Positions 21,477 through 33,158 are shown, counted from the whole stretch's first letter. The stretch is 63,794 nt of DNA, filler included, from Stramenopiles sp. TOSAG23-3 (GCA_900128585.1; 9 parts of 9 records of this genome joined end to end with filler, not necessarily neighbours in it); one strand, 5' to 3'. Numbers and translations: made by a program. The notes: generated by a model from the sequence alone, not told the origin.

Positions 21477-24400
21477 TCATGGCTTGGCGGTCACTAAAAA
21501 CGTCCTCAGTTCAAACGGTTGAATATCAACCGTCCCGTCCAGGTTTCTCGCTTTTGAGCGTTCCACTGACCCTGCTCTACCCTCTCCTTCTTCCGAAGGG
21601 TACCGGTGTCGATTCAATTGAGATTTGGGGAGAAAAGCGGTCAGGGTGACTTCTTCTGCCTTTGTTTCCAATCGGCCAAAAAGATCCCCAATATCTAATG
21701 ATTGCGGTGTCGACATGACCGGATCTTCTCCCTTGGCAAACATGTGCTGCACCCGGACAAGCACAGCCCCTCCTTCAGCAAGCGTTTTGCTGCTCATAGA
21801 ACGCATCGATTGGAGGTGCAAACCTTCTTTTAAGCTTGAAGGAGCAAGCTTGGGCGTTTCTCTTGTTAGTCGCAACAATCGCTGTTCAGCAGATCCTCTT
21901 GATCCCAACTCCACCTTTACACGACTTTCCCCGGAAGAATAAAACAACTGAAGGGGATGGTTTAATCGAAGTTTCATACTGATGCGATCACGATTTGCTT
22001 GCGATGCAGTCCCGAGGGATAGCCAAGTCTGCGTGAAAACTCGATCGGTGTCATCCAACACTACAGTTCCGCCTTGCGTTGTCATGAACGGTAAACCCCG
22101 TCGATGCTGTGTCACATCCAGTGTACCGGCGTACAACGAACCAACTGCATGGGAGCGATCCAGAGCAACAGAAAGCTGCAAACTCGAGCCATCCCCATCT
22201 TCGCCTTTCAGGTAAGCACTTGCTTGCGATGGAAACAAATTCAGCGCTTCGTTACCACCTGGATTACCAGAGGAATGCTTTATCTTCTCGTAAGCATTGT
22301 CTTCGCTTACAAACACACTGTTCTTTTGCATTGTAGGTACAGTAAATCGCGAAATCAAGTCGGTCTTTGGGTCCAAGACCCCGATACGGTGGGCAATTTC
22401 AATCCTACGGCCAAGTTCGGGATCTTCTGAAGCCAATGGGCCGACCCACAACCGAATGCGCGTTTTGTGCTGCGGCGATACTTGCAACCATACTTCTTGC
22501 ATGATTGGCCCCATTGCAACAGTGGATCCCAACACAGCACTAGTCGCATTTTCCAGTATCGGCGTTGCGGGCCCCAATGGCGTAAAGGCATACGCGTCGC
22601 TGTGATTCCCGGCTGTTCGAAAAAAAAGAAAAGAGAGGTTTCAGGTGTTGTAAAGGTTAGTTTTGGAAAAAACAGGCGTCCTTGTGAAAAGGGGAACAAA
22701 AGTAAAGCGTTTGCTGGACAAAAACGTACCGTATTGCATCAAGTCGTGCGTCAGAGGAACATATCGAGGTGGGGTCGACTTTTTATCCACCACCGCTTTG
22801 ATCCCGTGCGCTGTATCCACTATAACTTTCAAAAACTCGTTTTCGAGGACAGCCGTCCCATTGTAATACGGGTCGGGTGGGTAATGACGCCCCTGACCGT
22901 TCATGCATTGTTCAATTTCTTCATCATGCGCAAGTTTCATATTTAGATTCCACTCATCCAAGTTTCCACTTACAGTTTGCTTCGACTTTGCCCGTTGTAG
23001 GACACGCTCGTTGAACCCTAACTCGCTACCGAAGCTACTTTTGCAGGTTTCTGGCGACGGCACGACCGGTTCGTGCCGAACAAAATGACGATTTGCGATG
23101 CTTGCATCCCCACCCCCACATCCTGCATCAGCAGGACTTGGCGAGACACGAAATGTAAGCGTGGACAGTGGCGGCACGACGGCTTCAAAGGCCAGTTCGA
23201 AATCATAGAAAGGCTTTTCTCCAGAGGAGATGCTGAACTGGGCTGTCACCTGGGAGGTGACCATGCTATTGTCCATGGAAAAAACAGTCACAGCACAAAT
23301 AGGTACTGGGACATGCACCACCTCCGTTCGATTGATCGCCAAAGGGTTGTATACGGTGATGAAGGCATCGTCGCCTCCATCCCCCCCACGGCCCATGAGT
23401 ACGTCGCCGAAGCCGCGCTCAATGTCCCAAGACAAGGGTTGGCCGTCGCCTAATAGCCTGGCCGAAACCTCTCGGGCACTGTCCGTAGCATTTTGAAGCA
23501 TTGTTTTGTAGTCAGACAGAACATTGTGGGGACCCACTACTTGGTCTGTGCCTGCGCACCCTTCCTTTGCAACGCACATCGTCCCTGTGATGGAGTCATG
23601 GTGTTGAACAATACCTGCCAATCGGCGGGCGTTCTCAAGCATTTTGTACAAGCCTTCGTTCTCTGCTGCAGTGTTTTTCGAGCCATGCAACGCAAACAAC
23701 TGCTCCGCAGCATTAAGCGCAGCATGCGTCACCGTGTTCAGCCCCTTTAGGGCGGGACGGGACGTAAAGTACCCACTCCAGTCTTGGTACGGAAAAAAGC
23801 TAGACCCCGCTCTCTTCACGGGAAACTTGGTTTTATTCTCTTTCGCAGATGTGCGGACTGCCGACAAATACTCGCTGGGCGTTGAGTATTGAACGTGGAC
23901 CCCCCCCCACTCCTCCGAATTTTCGTTGATGGCATCAATCAGCTTGTCGGTCGACGAGAACATCAGTTCGGAATTTTGATACATGTAGTCGCACCCCCAT
24001 GGAATCATAACATGCTCCGTCCTAAACCATTCCCCGCGTTCTTTCGCAATATCGGCCAATTGTTTCGCGAGTGCAAGGGTGGATTTTGGAGTAGACGGGA
24101 TCTTTGCACCCTTTGCCGGCCCCCATTCAAACGCAAACGTCGGCAGGGGCAGGCAATAGTAGCTTTCCAAGACATGGGCAAAGATTTCAGATTCTTCATC
24201 TGGTAACGAGGAGCTTGCGCGCCAGACGAACTCAAGCCCCTTTGATTCTTTCATAGAGTTTACAATGTCGCCGTCAATTCGTGTGAAGAACCAAGCCTCC
24301 ATGCCAGCGAGCGCTTGAAGGACAGCCTGGCTGCCAGAGATACCGAACGGATCGAGGCTCCACCCGACTTTCGGTCGCGCGCCCGCTCCGAAACGCTCTG

Positions 24401-24803
24401 CGAGCCACGAATGCCCTTCCATCCAGTTGTTCAACATTGTGTCCACCGTCGTACACCCCATATCGTGCTGCGACCATCCGTTGTCTACGAACTCGATGCG
24501 GCCTTCTTTCACCAGCGTTTTGAAAATTTCTTGCTGTTGTGTTGTGGCTTGGTCGTCCCACCATTTTTGCAAGAATGCCATCTCGTCCCAAACGAACCGG
24601 CGCCGTTTCAAGGTATCATTGTGCAAGTTTCCCGTAACACCATTCAGTATACGGGACACGTTGACGCGGGAAAGGGAATCAAGCGTTTGCAGCCACCCCA
24701 CATCGGCATGGGTATGCGGCACAAGGTGAAGCTCCGTGAGAGCGCGCGCGACGAACAACTGAAGGCTTATGAGCGAGAGGAGGGTTATGAAAAAAGCCCT
24801 CAT
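21477..24803 (-). CDS. GH38 alpha-mannosidase (lysosomal/secreted), two exons: 24803-22730 and 22612-21477
   Basis: Signal peptide, LHLVPHTHADVGWLQT, WSLDPFG, PWGCDY, WSGYFTSRP, VQHHDSITGT, C-terminal IQPFELRTF. Splicing gives MQYAGNHSDAYAFTP and 1069 aa. Confidence 0.95.
22613..22729 (-). other. Spliceosomal intron (117 nt)
   Basis: GTACGT donor, CTAAC branch point (22660-22656), polypyrimidine tract, CAG acceptor; contains the in-frame TGA separating the two same-frame ORFs. Confidence 0.9.
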
Positions 24804-25635
24804 CCGGGGGGTAGGGAAAAGAGTAGTTTCAATATATTAAATATATATAGTAAGCCACCATATAGAAATGCACAAAGTAATGACTGCTAACTTCTTTCGA
24901 AATAGTCTAACTGTTTCAGTGGGAGATATGGTCTTTATACACAACAATACATTGTTGAAGTCAGTCGTCGTCAATTTTCAATTTAGGCAAGGGTTCTTCT
25001 TATTATTTTTGCTTGCGCTGAATGAAATCCCAATAATAAATATCATCATATTATTTTATTATCCCCTCCTCCTCTCCCTCCTCCTGTGTGGTGGTGATGT
25101 GGGTATGATGGAATGTGGAAGAAAAAATTCCAACAAACAAAGAAGAAGAAAGAAGGGACAAATATTCAGTCCTCCTACGGTACCAGGTACTGGTTTTATA
25201 CCTGTTCCCAACCTGGTCTTTACCTGGTCGGTCTACTACCATATTACTACGGTATTTAATACATTATTAAATAATACCTCCTCCATAGTTAAAAAAAGAA
25301 AGGAGAGAAAGAAGAGAAGAGAAGAAGACGAAAAGTATAGTAATAATAATATTTAAAAAAAAATGATGATGGAATATAAAAAAAAAATTGTTTTGATGAT
25401 ATATAAAAAAAATGTAGTAAAAAATTTAAGATGTCCGTATATAGTCTATATATAGTAATGAAAAAGAAAGACGCATTAGGCGCTTCTGTCATCGCGCCAA
25501 TTGCCAGGACCAAATATTTTGAATTTAGTTTTTATTTTCATCTTAAACATAAAATTATTTACGTATATTCACGTATATTCACGTATATAATAGCACTGCT
25601 CGTCCCTACTTGTCGGGGTTTGCTGTTCCCCTTCT

Positions 25636-26613
25636 ATGATGCCGCGAAAAAAAAGAAGTAAAATTGGGTATAGGCGCAAAAAGGGGCGCCTTGGCCAAAA
25701 GAAGCAGAAGCAAACTCCAAGCCAAATGAAGGATGCAAAGAAAAGTGTCACCGTGTCTGACCCATTGTTTCATTTTCTGTCGCAGGTGTCTCCTCTGTCT
25801 CTCGTTGAGCCTGGTAAAGAAGCGCAACGGGAAAAGGAGTTGATGACACTGATTTACGTGTCTGGCAACTGGTACGACGAATTCAAAGTGTCCGCTTTGG
25901 TGGGGTTAGCAGAACAGTTCCCAACGAGCAAGCTAATCGTGTCCGGTGGCACCGGGAGGCTCACGTTACCCAAAGTGAAAAAGCTCGGTGGGGAGCCAAT
26001 ATATTTGAGGGACCGTTTGGTGGAAGAAGGCGTGAGCGCGCCGAGAATAATAATCTGTAATAGCAGTATTGTCACGACGCACAACGTGAATTTCTTATTG
26101 TATTATCTGCAGCAGTGTTGTGACATCGAACGGTGGCCTAAGAAAAAACTTAGGAGGGAGTACCAAATTTTTGTAGTCGACGAATCGTTTCTCTTGAGGC
26201 GCCTAAAGGCGACAGTGGCAAACGCACTAAAGCAGGCGGTAGAGAAGAGGAACGTTTTGCCTTTCGACATGGTCCGTGAAATCGTGTTTGTTGCTTCAGG
26301 AAGCAAAAATTGTAAGGAGATGGCCCATGCGCATAGAGGCGGAGAATCCGTTGCCGCATGGCTGTTGCTGGGAGAATGGAAACGTTTGCATGAGTACTCG
26401 AAACCGAATGGACTGGAATTGTATACCAAGAAGCAGGCTTTTGATGGTTTAGCGGACGACGAAGAGTTTGCGAAACTGGGGAAGGAGGCGTCTGCTATTG
26501 AGGAGCGTTACCAGGGCGCAATCGACCGTTTTCGTTCCATGGTCGGTCCAAACGAACTTTTGGAAGCAACCAGACCCGTTTTTTCAACAGGAAATTTGGA
26601 TTATTATATTTAG
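25636..26613 (+). CDS. DUF218 / YdcF-ElyC-like protein with basic N-terminus
   Basis: LIVSGGTG, E...LRDRLVEEGV..PRII, S..T.HNV.F and ..LLRR pattern of DUF218. Confidence 0.65.
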   Translation: MMPRKKRSKIGYRRKKGRLGQKKQKQTPSQMKDAKKSVTVSDPLFHFLSQVSPLSLVEPGKEAQREKELMTLIYVSGNWYDEFKVSALVGLAEQFPTSKLIVSGGTGRLTLPKVKKLGGEPIYLRDRLVEEGVSAPRIIICNSSIVTTHNVNFLLYYLQQCCDIERWPKKKLRREYQIFVVDESFLLRRLKATVANALKQAVEKRNVLPFDMVREIVFVASGSKNCKEMAHAHRGGESVAAWLLLGEWKRLHEYSKPNGLELYTKKQAFDGLADDEEFAKLGKEASAIEERYQGAIDRFRSMVGPNELLEATRPVFSTGNLDYYI

Positions 26614-26711
26614 ATCAGCGCGCAGCCGCACGCACACACACATGGAAGAGAAAAAAATCCAAACTCTTTTAAAATAAATTTTGCTTCGTTATATCTTTAC
26701 ATAAACTACAT

Positions 26712-27338
26712 TTAAAATTTATGGGGGTAGTCTGGCATCAGGCGAACATCTACAGCGTCCATCCCAGCACGATTCAAGCTGACCATGCCCAGGTCAGCGT
26801 CCTCAAAACCACGGCATTTTTCCGGGGGCACGTTGATCTTTTTACAGGCGAGCAAAAAAATGTCAGGCGCCGGCTTGCCATTGACGACGTCTTCGCACGT
26901 CACGACGGCATCAAAGTAACCCATCAACCCATTCCTTCGCAGGTCTTCATGCACACACTCACGCTTTCCACTCGATGCCACCGCCATTGGGATTTTACCA
27001 TGGTATTTCTTTACAATGTCCACCACGCATTTGATTGGCCCGGGAGGGTTGACTTTACGGTCCTCTTTCACTATTTCGTGCTTTTCTTCCAATAGTTGAT
27101 CAAGGTCCGGTTTCGGCCGCCCGTCCGTAAACTGTTCGTCGATTAGAGTCTGATAAATATCACGGACAGGGACACCGGCGAATGAAAAAAACCGTTTCAT
27201 GTCAAATTTTATTCCGTACTTTTCACAAATTACTTCCCAAGAGTGCCAATAAAAGAACATGGTATCCACAAGCGTTCCATCGCAATCAAATACCAGACCA
27301 GACGGTTCGAACGGTGCGGTGTCAGTTTTCGTTGCCAT
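26712..27338 (-). CDS. HAD-superfamily hydrolase (beta-phosphoglucomutase/YqaB/CbbY-like sugar phosphatase)
   Basis: FDCDGTLVDT motif I, AVASSG motif II, GKPAPDIFL, GFEDADLG motif IV. Confidence 0.95.
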   Translation of the reverse strand: MATKTDTAPFEPSGLVFDCDGTLVDTMFFYWHSWEVICEKYGIKFDMKRFFSFAGVPVRDIYQTLIDEQFTDGRPKPDLDQLLEEKHEIVKEDRKVNPPGPIKCVVDIVKKYHGKIPMAVASSGKRECVHEDLRRNGLMGYFDAVVTCEDVVNGKPAPDIFLLACKKINVPPEKCRGFEDADLGMVSLNRAGMDAVDVRLMPDYPHKF

Positions 27339-27652
27339 TTTGTTTTTGTTTTCCTAGGTGAAAATATTCGTTACTCACTGCTGGCATTGAGAAATTGCTT
27401 TGTAAGTTAAACGTTTGAAATTTTTCGTTCCCATTCCTTGTGAATCATTCTTCTTTCATTCCTTCTCTTTCCAATTCAAATTATTATTGTGTTTAGTATT
27501 CGTTTACATTTTTTACTACTATTATTATTTTTTTTATCATCATCATCATCAACAAACAATATACTACCAAGGTACCAAAAAAAAGTATTTAATTATAATA
27601 ATTTCATTTTTTATTATTAGACGACTATTATTTACTTCTTCTCACTACTAAT

Positions 27653-27744
27653 ACGGTACCGTACGGTACCGGTACCGGTAATTCGGGTACGGGTACGGGT
27701 GGAACGGGTACCAGGTACTACGGGAACGGTACAGGTTCCACCGT
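27653..27744. repeat. GGTAC/CGGGTA degenerate minisatellite
   Basis: ACGGTACCGTACGGTACCGGTACCGGTAATTCGGGTACGGGTACGGG... within an AT-rich spacer. Confidence 0.85.
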
Positions 27745-27879
27745 ATTAATAGTATGTAATTATTATGAATTTTTTATGAGTTTTTATTTCTTGTTATATA
27801 ATAAAATAATAGCTTCTTTCTTCGGCGACGAATTTGTAATTAGCTAGTAAACTGAGGAACATGGAATAAAGAATACGTT

Positions 27880-29022
27880 TTATTGTACTTCCTCGGCGAC
27901 TACAGAATGTTCCTGTTCTTTTGACTCTTTCTCAAGCTCGCCTCCAACTCCACTATGGGCAATCGAATCAGGGGATGGAGGACACTCTACGCGTTCGTCT
28001 CTCATAATCCTCAATTTGTTGTACAGCTCCTCCGCCGTTGCTCTTTCCTCAGGGTTTACTTTAAGCATGGACGCTAAAATGTCAAAGTAGTGTCTATTCT
28101 TTTGACGCAACTGTTTTGTGCGAAAAATATTCAAACGAGACAAACGCTCTTGGACGATTGCTTCCGTTGTTTCAGGGGTCGTCTCAGAACCGTCTGGGAA
28201 GAACGCCGTGCTTTTTCGTAGTTTCCTCTTATTGCTATTCATCCCAATACAATTAATCAGGTAGAAGTCGCCCATTAACACCATTATCATAATTGCGACC
28301 GCCCAAATATCCTCCGATGGACTACCCGTCGTGCAGCCGTGGTACTTCTCCGGTGGAAAATACGTAGCGGTTCCTCCAGGAAATCTAGACTCATCCTCAC
28401 CAAGGAAATGAAAGGAATCGAAATCAACGACCCTAAACTGGTAGTTCCCGTCTTTCCCCTTTTCGTCAAGCACAATACAGTTTTCCAACTTGATGTCTCT
28501 GTGCACTCCCACTTGATGCATTTTTCTGAGTATGTTGAGAATCTGACATGCGAAGTTTAAGAAGACCGTCTCTTTCTCGTTGATAATTTGTATTTTTTTG
28601 TCATTGACGGCATCCAGGATATCACTTCCAGCGAATTTTTCAAATTTAACGCCTCGGTGAATTTGACCTGTGACGAGTATTTTTTCGGAATAGTTCGAAA
28701 ACTTGGGGGCCAAAATCGTTCCACCACTTTCGACTTTATTGAGTGCTTTCAGTGCTCTGATTTCATTTTGGATTCGGCTGGAAGTCGTTTTTTTTTTGTA
28801 AACTTTCCAGCACCACTGCCTACCGGAGTGATCTTTACCCGCACCTTTATAATCATCGTAAATCACGCCTCGATTGCCGAAAGGAGACGAGCTTGGACCT
28901 GCTTTAATCGTTTGTTTGAGTTCAAGCAAGGGGCCATCGCCTGACATAGCGGCTGATGCGTTCTTCTCGGAAAGGAAAATGTCTACGCTCTGTACTCTGA
29001 CGGCACAGCCAACGTCCTCCAA
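27880..29022 (-). CDS. Divergent Ser/Thr protein kinase (start uncertain)
   Basis: WKVY lysine, NEIRAL alphaC Glu, HRDIKLEN, DFD in place of DFG, GTATYFPPE, DIWAVAI, MLKVNPEERATAEEL. The listed start is TTG; the true start may be an upstream ATG 29090 exon (possible intron 29062-28983) or the internal MSGDG. Confidence 0.88.
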   Translation of the reverse strand: MEDVGCAVRVQSVDIFLSEKNASAAMSGDGPLLELKQTIKAGPSSSPFGNRGVIYDDYKGAGKDHSGRQWCWKVYKKKTTSSRIQNEIRALKALNKVESGGTILAPKFSNYSEKILVTGQIHRGVKFEKFAGSDILDAVNDKKIQIINEKETVFLNFACQILNILRKMHQVGVHRDIKLENCIVLDEKGKDGNYQFRVVDFDSFHFLGEDESRFPGGTATYFPPEKYHGCTTGSPSEDIWAVAIMIMVLMGDFYLINCIGMNSNKRKLRKSTAFFPDGSETTPETTEAIVQERLSRLNIFRTKQLRQKNRHYFDILASMLKVNPEERATAEELYNKLRIMRDERVECPPSPDSIAHSGVGGELEKESKEQEHSVVAEEVQ

Positions 29023-29379
29023 TAAAATGTATGAAGACTCGAAAATATTAAATATTATTTACCGTTCTCTTGCCAAACGTTGAAATCCATCAATCTTAAT
29101 AATTAAAAGAATTGTTTACTGTTTCTTTTGTACAAAGTAGAAGCTATAGAACAACCAAATGCCAAACCCTCCGTGCACTGTGACTACTACTGTGCGTGAT
29201 GTCCTGTCTTCTTTCTTCTTCTTCTTCGAAGAGGCCAAGAAGATTTTTCAAGGTTTTGATGCTGTGTTTATATTAATGTCACATTACATTATTTGCGGTG
29301 GTCAAATCCCGGCAAAATAATCAAATTCTTCTTCTTCCATTTTCTTTCTTCTTCTTCTGTCTTCTGTACTCCTCGTAGG

Positions 29380-29479
29380 NNNNNNNNNNNNNNNNNNNNN
29401 NNNNNNNNNNNNNNNNNNNNNNNTTAATTAATTAANNNNNNNNNNNNNNNNNNNNNNNNNNNNNNNNNNNNNNNNNNNN
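29380..29479. other. Artificial contig linker
   Basis: N44-TTAATTAATTAA-N44. Confidence 0.99.
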
Positions 29480-29690
29480 TAATAATAATAATAAATATTT
29501 TATTACAAAGAATTTTTTTATTTTGTTGTTGTTGTTGTGTTGTGGTGTGTGTTGCTTTTTTTTGGAAGAAGGAGGAGGAGGAGGAGAAGAAAAATTAATT
29601 AGTGACTATATACATTATTAAACATCTATCCAATAGATACATACGAGATACTCGAAAAGAAGAATTTTATAGACGACGGGGAAAATTTTT

Positions 29691-30497
29691 ATGCCACAGA
29701 GAAGCAACGTAAGGATAGACACCCCTTTTACTATATACAACGAAGTGGTAAATATGGAATCGCAATCGAAACACGATTTTACGTCTGCCTCCTTCAGTGG
29801 CATCTTCATCGGCATTAGTGGGTTGATCGGGGCCGGGAAGACGACCTTGGCAACTGCGTTGGCGAAGGAACTTGGCATCCCCGTCCACTACGAGCCGGTT
29901 GTCGATAATGTTTACCTTGAAGATTTTTACGGTGATATGAAGAAGTACGCCTTCCCCTTGCAAATCTACCTTTTGAACAAGCGGTTCAAGCAGCAGCAGC
30001 AGATCATTTGGGGCGGCCAAGGCGGTGTCCAAGACAGAACCATTTACGAGGACTCCGTCTTTGCCCGGATGCTTTTGAACGGTGGGTTGATGGACCAGCG
30101 GGACTACAACACGTACATGGAGTTGTTCCAAAACATGAGCAATTTTATGAAGAAACCCAACATCATTGTTCACCTCGACCTATCTCCCCAAGAGTCTTTG
30201 AAACGAATCCGTTCTCGCTCCCGTGGCTGCGAGTCCGGCATCACCCTTGAGTACTTGCAGGGCCTCCACGCCGCGTACGAGTCGTTCATCAACGATATCG
30301 CGAGGGTCATCCCTGTCATTAAGGTCGATTACAATCGGTTTCATACGGCCGAAGAGATGGCGTCTATGATCAAGGCAGAGTACAAGAAAATAGCAAATGT
30401 TCGCCACGTGTCGTGGAAAAACCACGAAGCCGAAAAAGAGAACTTCATCACCGAGGACGCCACGTTGTCGGCGAACGCAGGGACGCCGTCAAAGTGA
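29691..30497 (+). CDS. Deoxynucleoside kinase (dNK family); start may be ATG 29754
   Basis: P-loop GLIGAGKTT, YEPV, LQIYLL..RF, QDRTIYED, RIRSRSRGCE lid, YLQGLHAAY. Confidence 0.95.
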   Translation: MPQRSNVRIDTPFTIYNEVVNMESQSKHDFTSASFSGIFIGISGLIGAGKTTLATALAKELGIPVHYEPVVDNVYLEDFYGDMKKYAFPLQIYLLNKRFKQQQQIIWGGQGGVQDRTIYEDSVFARMLLNGGLMDQRDYNTYMELFQNMSNFMKKPNIIVHLDLSPQESLKRIRSRSRGCESGITLEYLQGLHAAYESFINDIARVIPVIKVDYNRFHTAEEMASMIKAEYKKIANVRHVSWKNHEAEKENFITEDATLSANAGTPSK

Positions 30498-30584
30498 AGG
30501 GGTTAAGAAAGCATGCGCATTTTAATGGAGTGTAATTTACGAAGATGATATTTTTACACTCTCCAGAGATACTTTTATCACTTT

Positions 30585-33158
30585 CTAGTGGCCCGTGTCG
30601 CCAGGGTTGCCACCCCGAGCAATGCACCGCCAACGGCTTACAACCTGGCCCGCCTCGTCCCTCAGCGTGGGCTGCTCAGACCTTCGAGTAGAGTAAAATA
30701 TCAGTGCCCGAATCAGAACACCAACACCTCTCAAATGGCTTCTTTCAACCGGGACGACGGCGAGGAAGCGAATTATTCTCCGCCTGACATGGAGACGGGG
30801 AACCACGGTCTTGCCATTCCCATCTATGGTGGGGGACAAAATCGTGCCAAGCATTGGCAGAATCCCATTGTTTATCAAGCTTTTGGCCGTCTCTATTTTT
30901 TGAACCACCTGGGCCAATTCAAAAGTTGCGCGCTCCAAGTTCTTCTTGTACGATTCGATGAGTTCATGTTCTGTCCTGTGATTAGATAGAAGCCTTACAA
31001 CGCCCGAAAACTTCTTTACAAGTGCTATCGATGATACTGTCGGACCACCCCCTGCTTGTTTTGCATGATCTCTTGCTATTCGCTTCAAACGAGCTGCCCC
31101 CCCGCCGGCGCGACGGCGCTTGGTCGGGGAACTTGCGGAGGCAGCCGCTTTCGTCCCTGGGCCATCGCCTGTTCGTGCGCTGGCGGGCACTCGGTCGTTC
31201 TTCAATGGACGACCCTTCGAGCTGCTTACCATGGTCGACGGCTCGCTGGGCCCTCGTTCCCTTGCTATACCTTTTAAACGCGACGATTCAACCCCGGCGA
31301 CGCGCCGACGTTTGGCTTGGGCGCTGGTAGAGGCACTGTTTCCCGCGGCAGACCCATCGCCTGTTCGCATTATCACAGCATGGGGTTTTTGCGAAGCATT
31401 CATTGGAACGCTTCCCCGGTCCCGCGCCGCGCTCGCCCCCCTCCCTGGCCTGTTATTCTGCAGTCCCCTACGAGGCACCCTCTTCACTTTGTAAGAATTC
31501 GCAGAGGCTCCATCGCTTGCAGCGCGCGCCGCAGCCAGTAAAAAGCTCTTCCGCATGCATTCGATGGCGGCGGCATCGTTTTCTGGCCGAAGGTCGTTGA
31601 GCACCCTTGCGATTGGGACATTGCGGGTAGGGTTCGAACTAGTGCTAGCAAGTGAAGATGGCCGCATGACCCTTCTCCTGGAGAAGGATCGGTCCCTTCG
31701 AGATAGTGAAGTGGTAGTTGCACGCTGTCTCTTTCGCCGCCACTCCTCATCTTCGTCGTCGTCTATCCGACCATGCTGGTGCGACACTGGCTGCGCATCG
31801 CGGCCTTCACGGGTTGCATTCAAGTATTCTATGTATTCTGCACGTCGCTGTTCTTCATCCTTGCGCCGGAGCGCCGCAGAAATTGTTGAAGCGGCGTTGT
31901 CGCACGGGCCGCACTCGCCGCAGAACCAGTCTCCTTCAGGAACGGATTCAAGCCCGACACATTCCGCATGCGCCCAGTGGTGGCAGTTAGCTTCATTGGA
32001 GCAGCCCATCAAGGTGTCTTCCCCGTCCCTTCGTTCGCACACAGTGCACTTGGCATTGTTAAGCCGTTCTATTTCCTCTGCGACATAGTCAGTCGCCGCA
32101 GATTCCTCGTCTCGGCTTTTCTGAGATGGGACCAGGCTCCACAAGTGCTTCATAGGATCCCTCTCTAGCCTTGTAATCTTACGAAACTCTCGGCGGCATT
32201 GAGGGCACTTGGTAGAGCGCTTGCTCTCTTCCAAGATACAAAAGACGTGGTAGACATGGGTGCAACAGTCGAGCTTTGTCCCACTCTTGGAAGTAATATC
32301 CTCCAAGCATATGGTGCAGGTCTCGGGCTCCTCCCCCCCAAGCGTGAGTGGTTTCGACGGGGCCATGGTCCCGTTGTAATTGACGGTCGGCAGAAGGCAC
32401 TTGTAATGGTTGTTTTGCAGTACCAGGAAAATTTCACGGTTTGGGCACGATATGGTGAGGTCTCCTAGCATCGGGTGAACTATAGTTTTCTTCGACAGGC
32501 TTGGGGAATTCGTCAGAATGATGGGTTCCCCGTGTTCCCACTTAATGACGCGAACTTTGAAGCGCAGCAGGTCGCAGAGTGCCTGGAGCGTAACGGCATC
32601 CCCGTCCACACTCGGCAGGGCCATGTTGTTCAAATACTTCTTCATGTCCACCGACCATCCACCACTTTTAGCCGCGGATCTGGTCCTTGAATGGTTGAGG
32701 GCTGGGACAAGGTAGTTCTGATAAATGGATGGGTTCCCTCTTATAACGTCTACAGCCAATTTGCGCAGGTAAATGTCTGGCCGAAACGCCTCGTCGCATC
32801 CTTTGCCGCCGTACAGGGCCATCGAAATGGTCGCAAACTGGCAGGACCCAGACCTGGCCCCGTCTTCGGCGAGGGACTCGTGAGTGTCTGCTCCTGCTGC
32901 CGAAATAAACGAAGTCACGTTTGGAAATATATTTGGCCGCTCGAGCGACGATAGAGTTGTGCATCCACCCTCAAGCCTCTCCTTTAAAAATTTGTCCGCC
33001 TTGGCCTCCTGAAGGACGGGGTGATGGGCAAAGAAGTCTCGGCAAGGCTTCTCGGCGGGAAAAATGTGTACCTCCGAGGCGCTTTGGTGGTGGTCACTGT
33101 CGCCGGCGGCAACACTGTCATCATCGCTCCCCGTTAAGTCAAACACAACCGATGCCAT
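30585..33158 (-). CDS. OTU-like deubiquitinase + RING-H2 + PHD finger + TFIIS-N/IWS1-like protein
   Basis: SGSCQFATIS...YLNNM...GDAVTLQAL...NNHYKCL (OTU Cys/His); CTICLED...CCTHVYHVFCI...CPQCR (RING); CTVC...CSNEANCHHWAHAECVGL..VPEGDWFCGEC (PHD); helical C-terminus ending GQVVSRWR. Confidence 0.85.
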   Translation of the reverse strand: MASVVFDLTGSDDDSVAAGDSDHHQSASEVHIFPAEKPCRDFFAHHPVLQEAKADKFLKERLEGGCTTLSSLERPNIFPNVTSFISAAGADTHESLAEDGARSGSCQFATISMALYGGKGCDEAFRPDIYLRKLAVDVIRGNPSIYQNYLVPALNHSRTRSAAKSGGWSVDMKKYLNNMALPSVDGDAVTLQALCDLLRFKVRVIKWEHGEPIILTNSPSLSKKTIVHPMLGDLTISCPNREIFLVLQNNHYKCLLPTVNYNGTMAPSKPLTLGGEEPETCTICLEDITSKSGTKLDCCTHVYHVFCILEESKRSTKCPQCRREFRKITRLERDPMKHLWSLVPSQKSRDEESAATDYVAEEIERLNNAKCTVCERRDGEDTLMGCSNEANCHHWAHAECVGLESVPEGDWFCGECGPCDNAASTISAALRRKDEEQRRAEYIEYLNATREGRDAQPVSHQHGRIDDDEDEEWRRKRQRATTTSLSRRDRSFSRRRVMRPSSLASTSSNPTRNVPIARVLNDLRPENDAAAIECMRKSFLLAAARAASDGASANSYKVKRVPRRGLQNNRPGRGASAARDRGSVPMNASQKPHAVIMRTGDGSAAGNSASTSAQAKRRRVAGVESSRLKGIARERGPSEPSTMVSSSKGRPLKNDRVPASARTGDGPGTKAAASASSPTKRRRAGGGAARLKRIARDHAKQAGGGPTVSSIALVKKFSGVVRLLSNHRTEHELIESYKKNLERATFELAQVVQKIETAKSLINNGILPMLGTILSPTIDGNGKTVVPRLHVRRRIIRFLAVVPVERSHLRGVGVLIRALIFYSTRRSEQPTLRDEAGQVVSRWRCIARGGNPGDTGH

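Noticed and set aside
21477-24803. Stop-codon readthrough or split alpha-mannosidase
   Set aside because: The TGA lies inside a canonical 117-nt intron with a branch point.
29691-30497. Deoxynucleoside kinase as evidence of a viral insertion
   Set aside because: Host-like GC-rich codon usage and ordinary eukaryotic neighbours; the family is widespread in protists.
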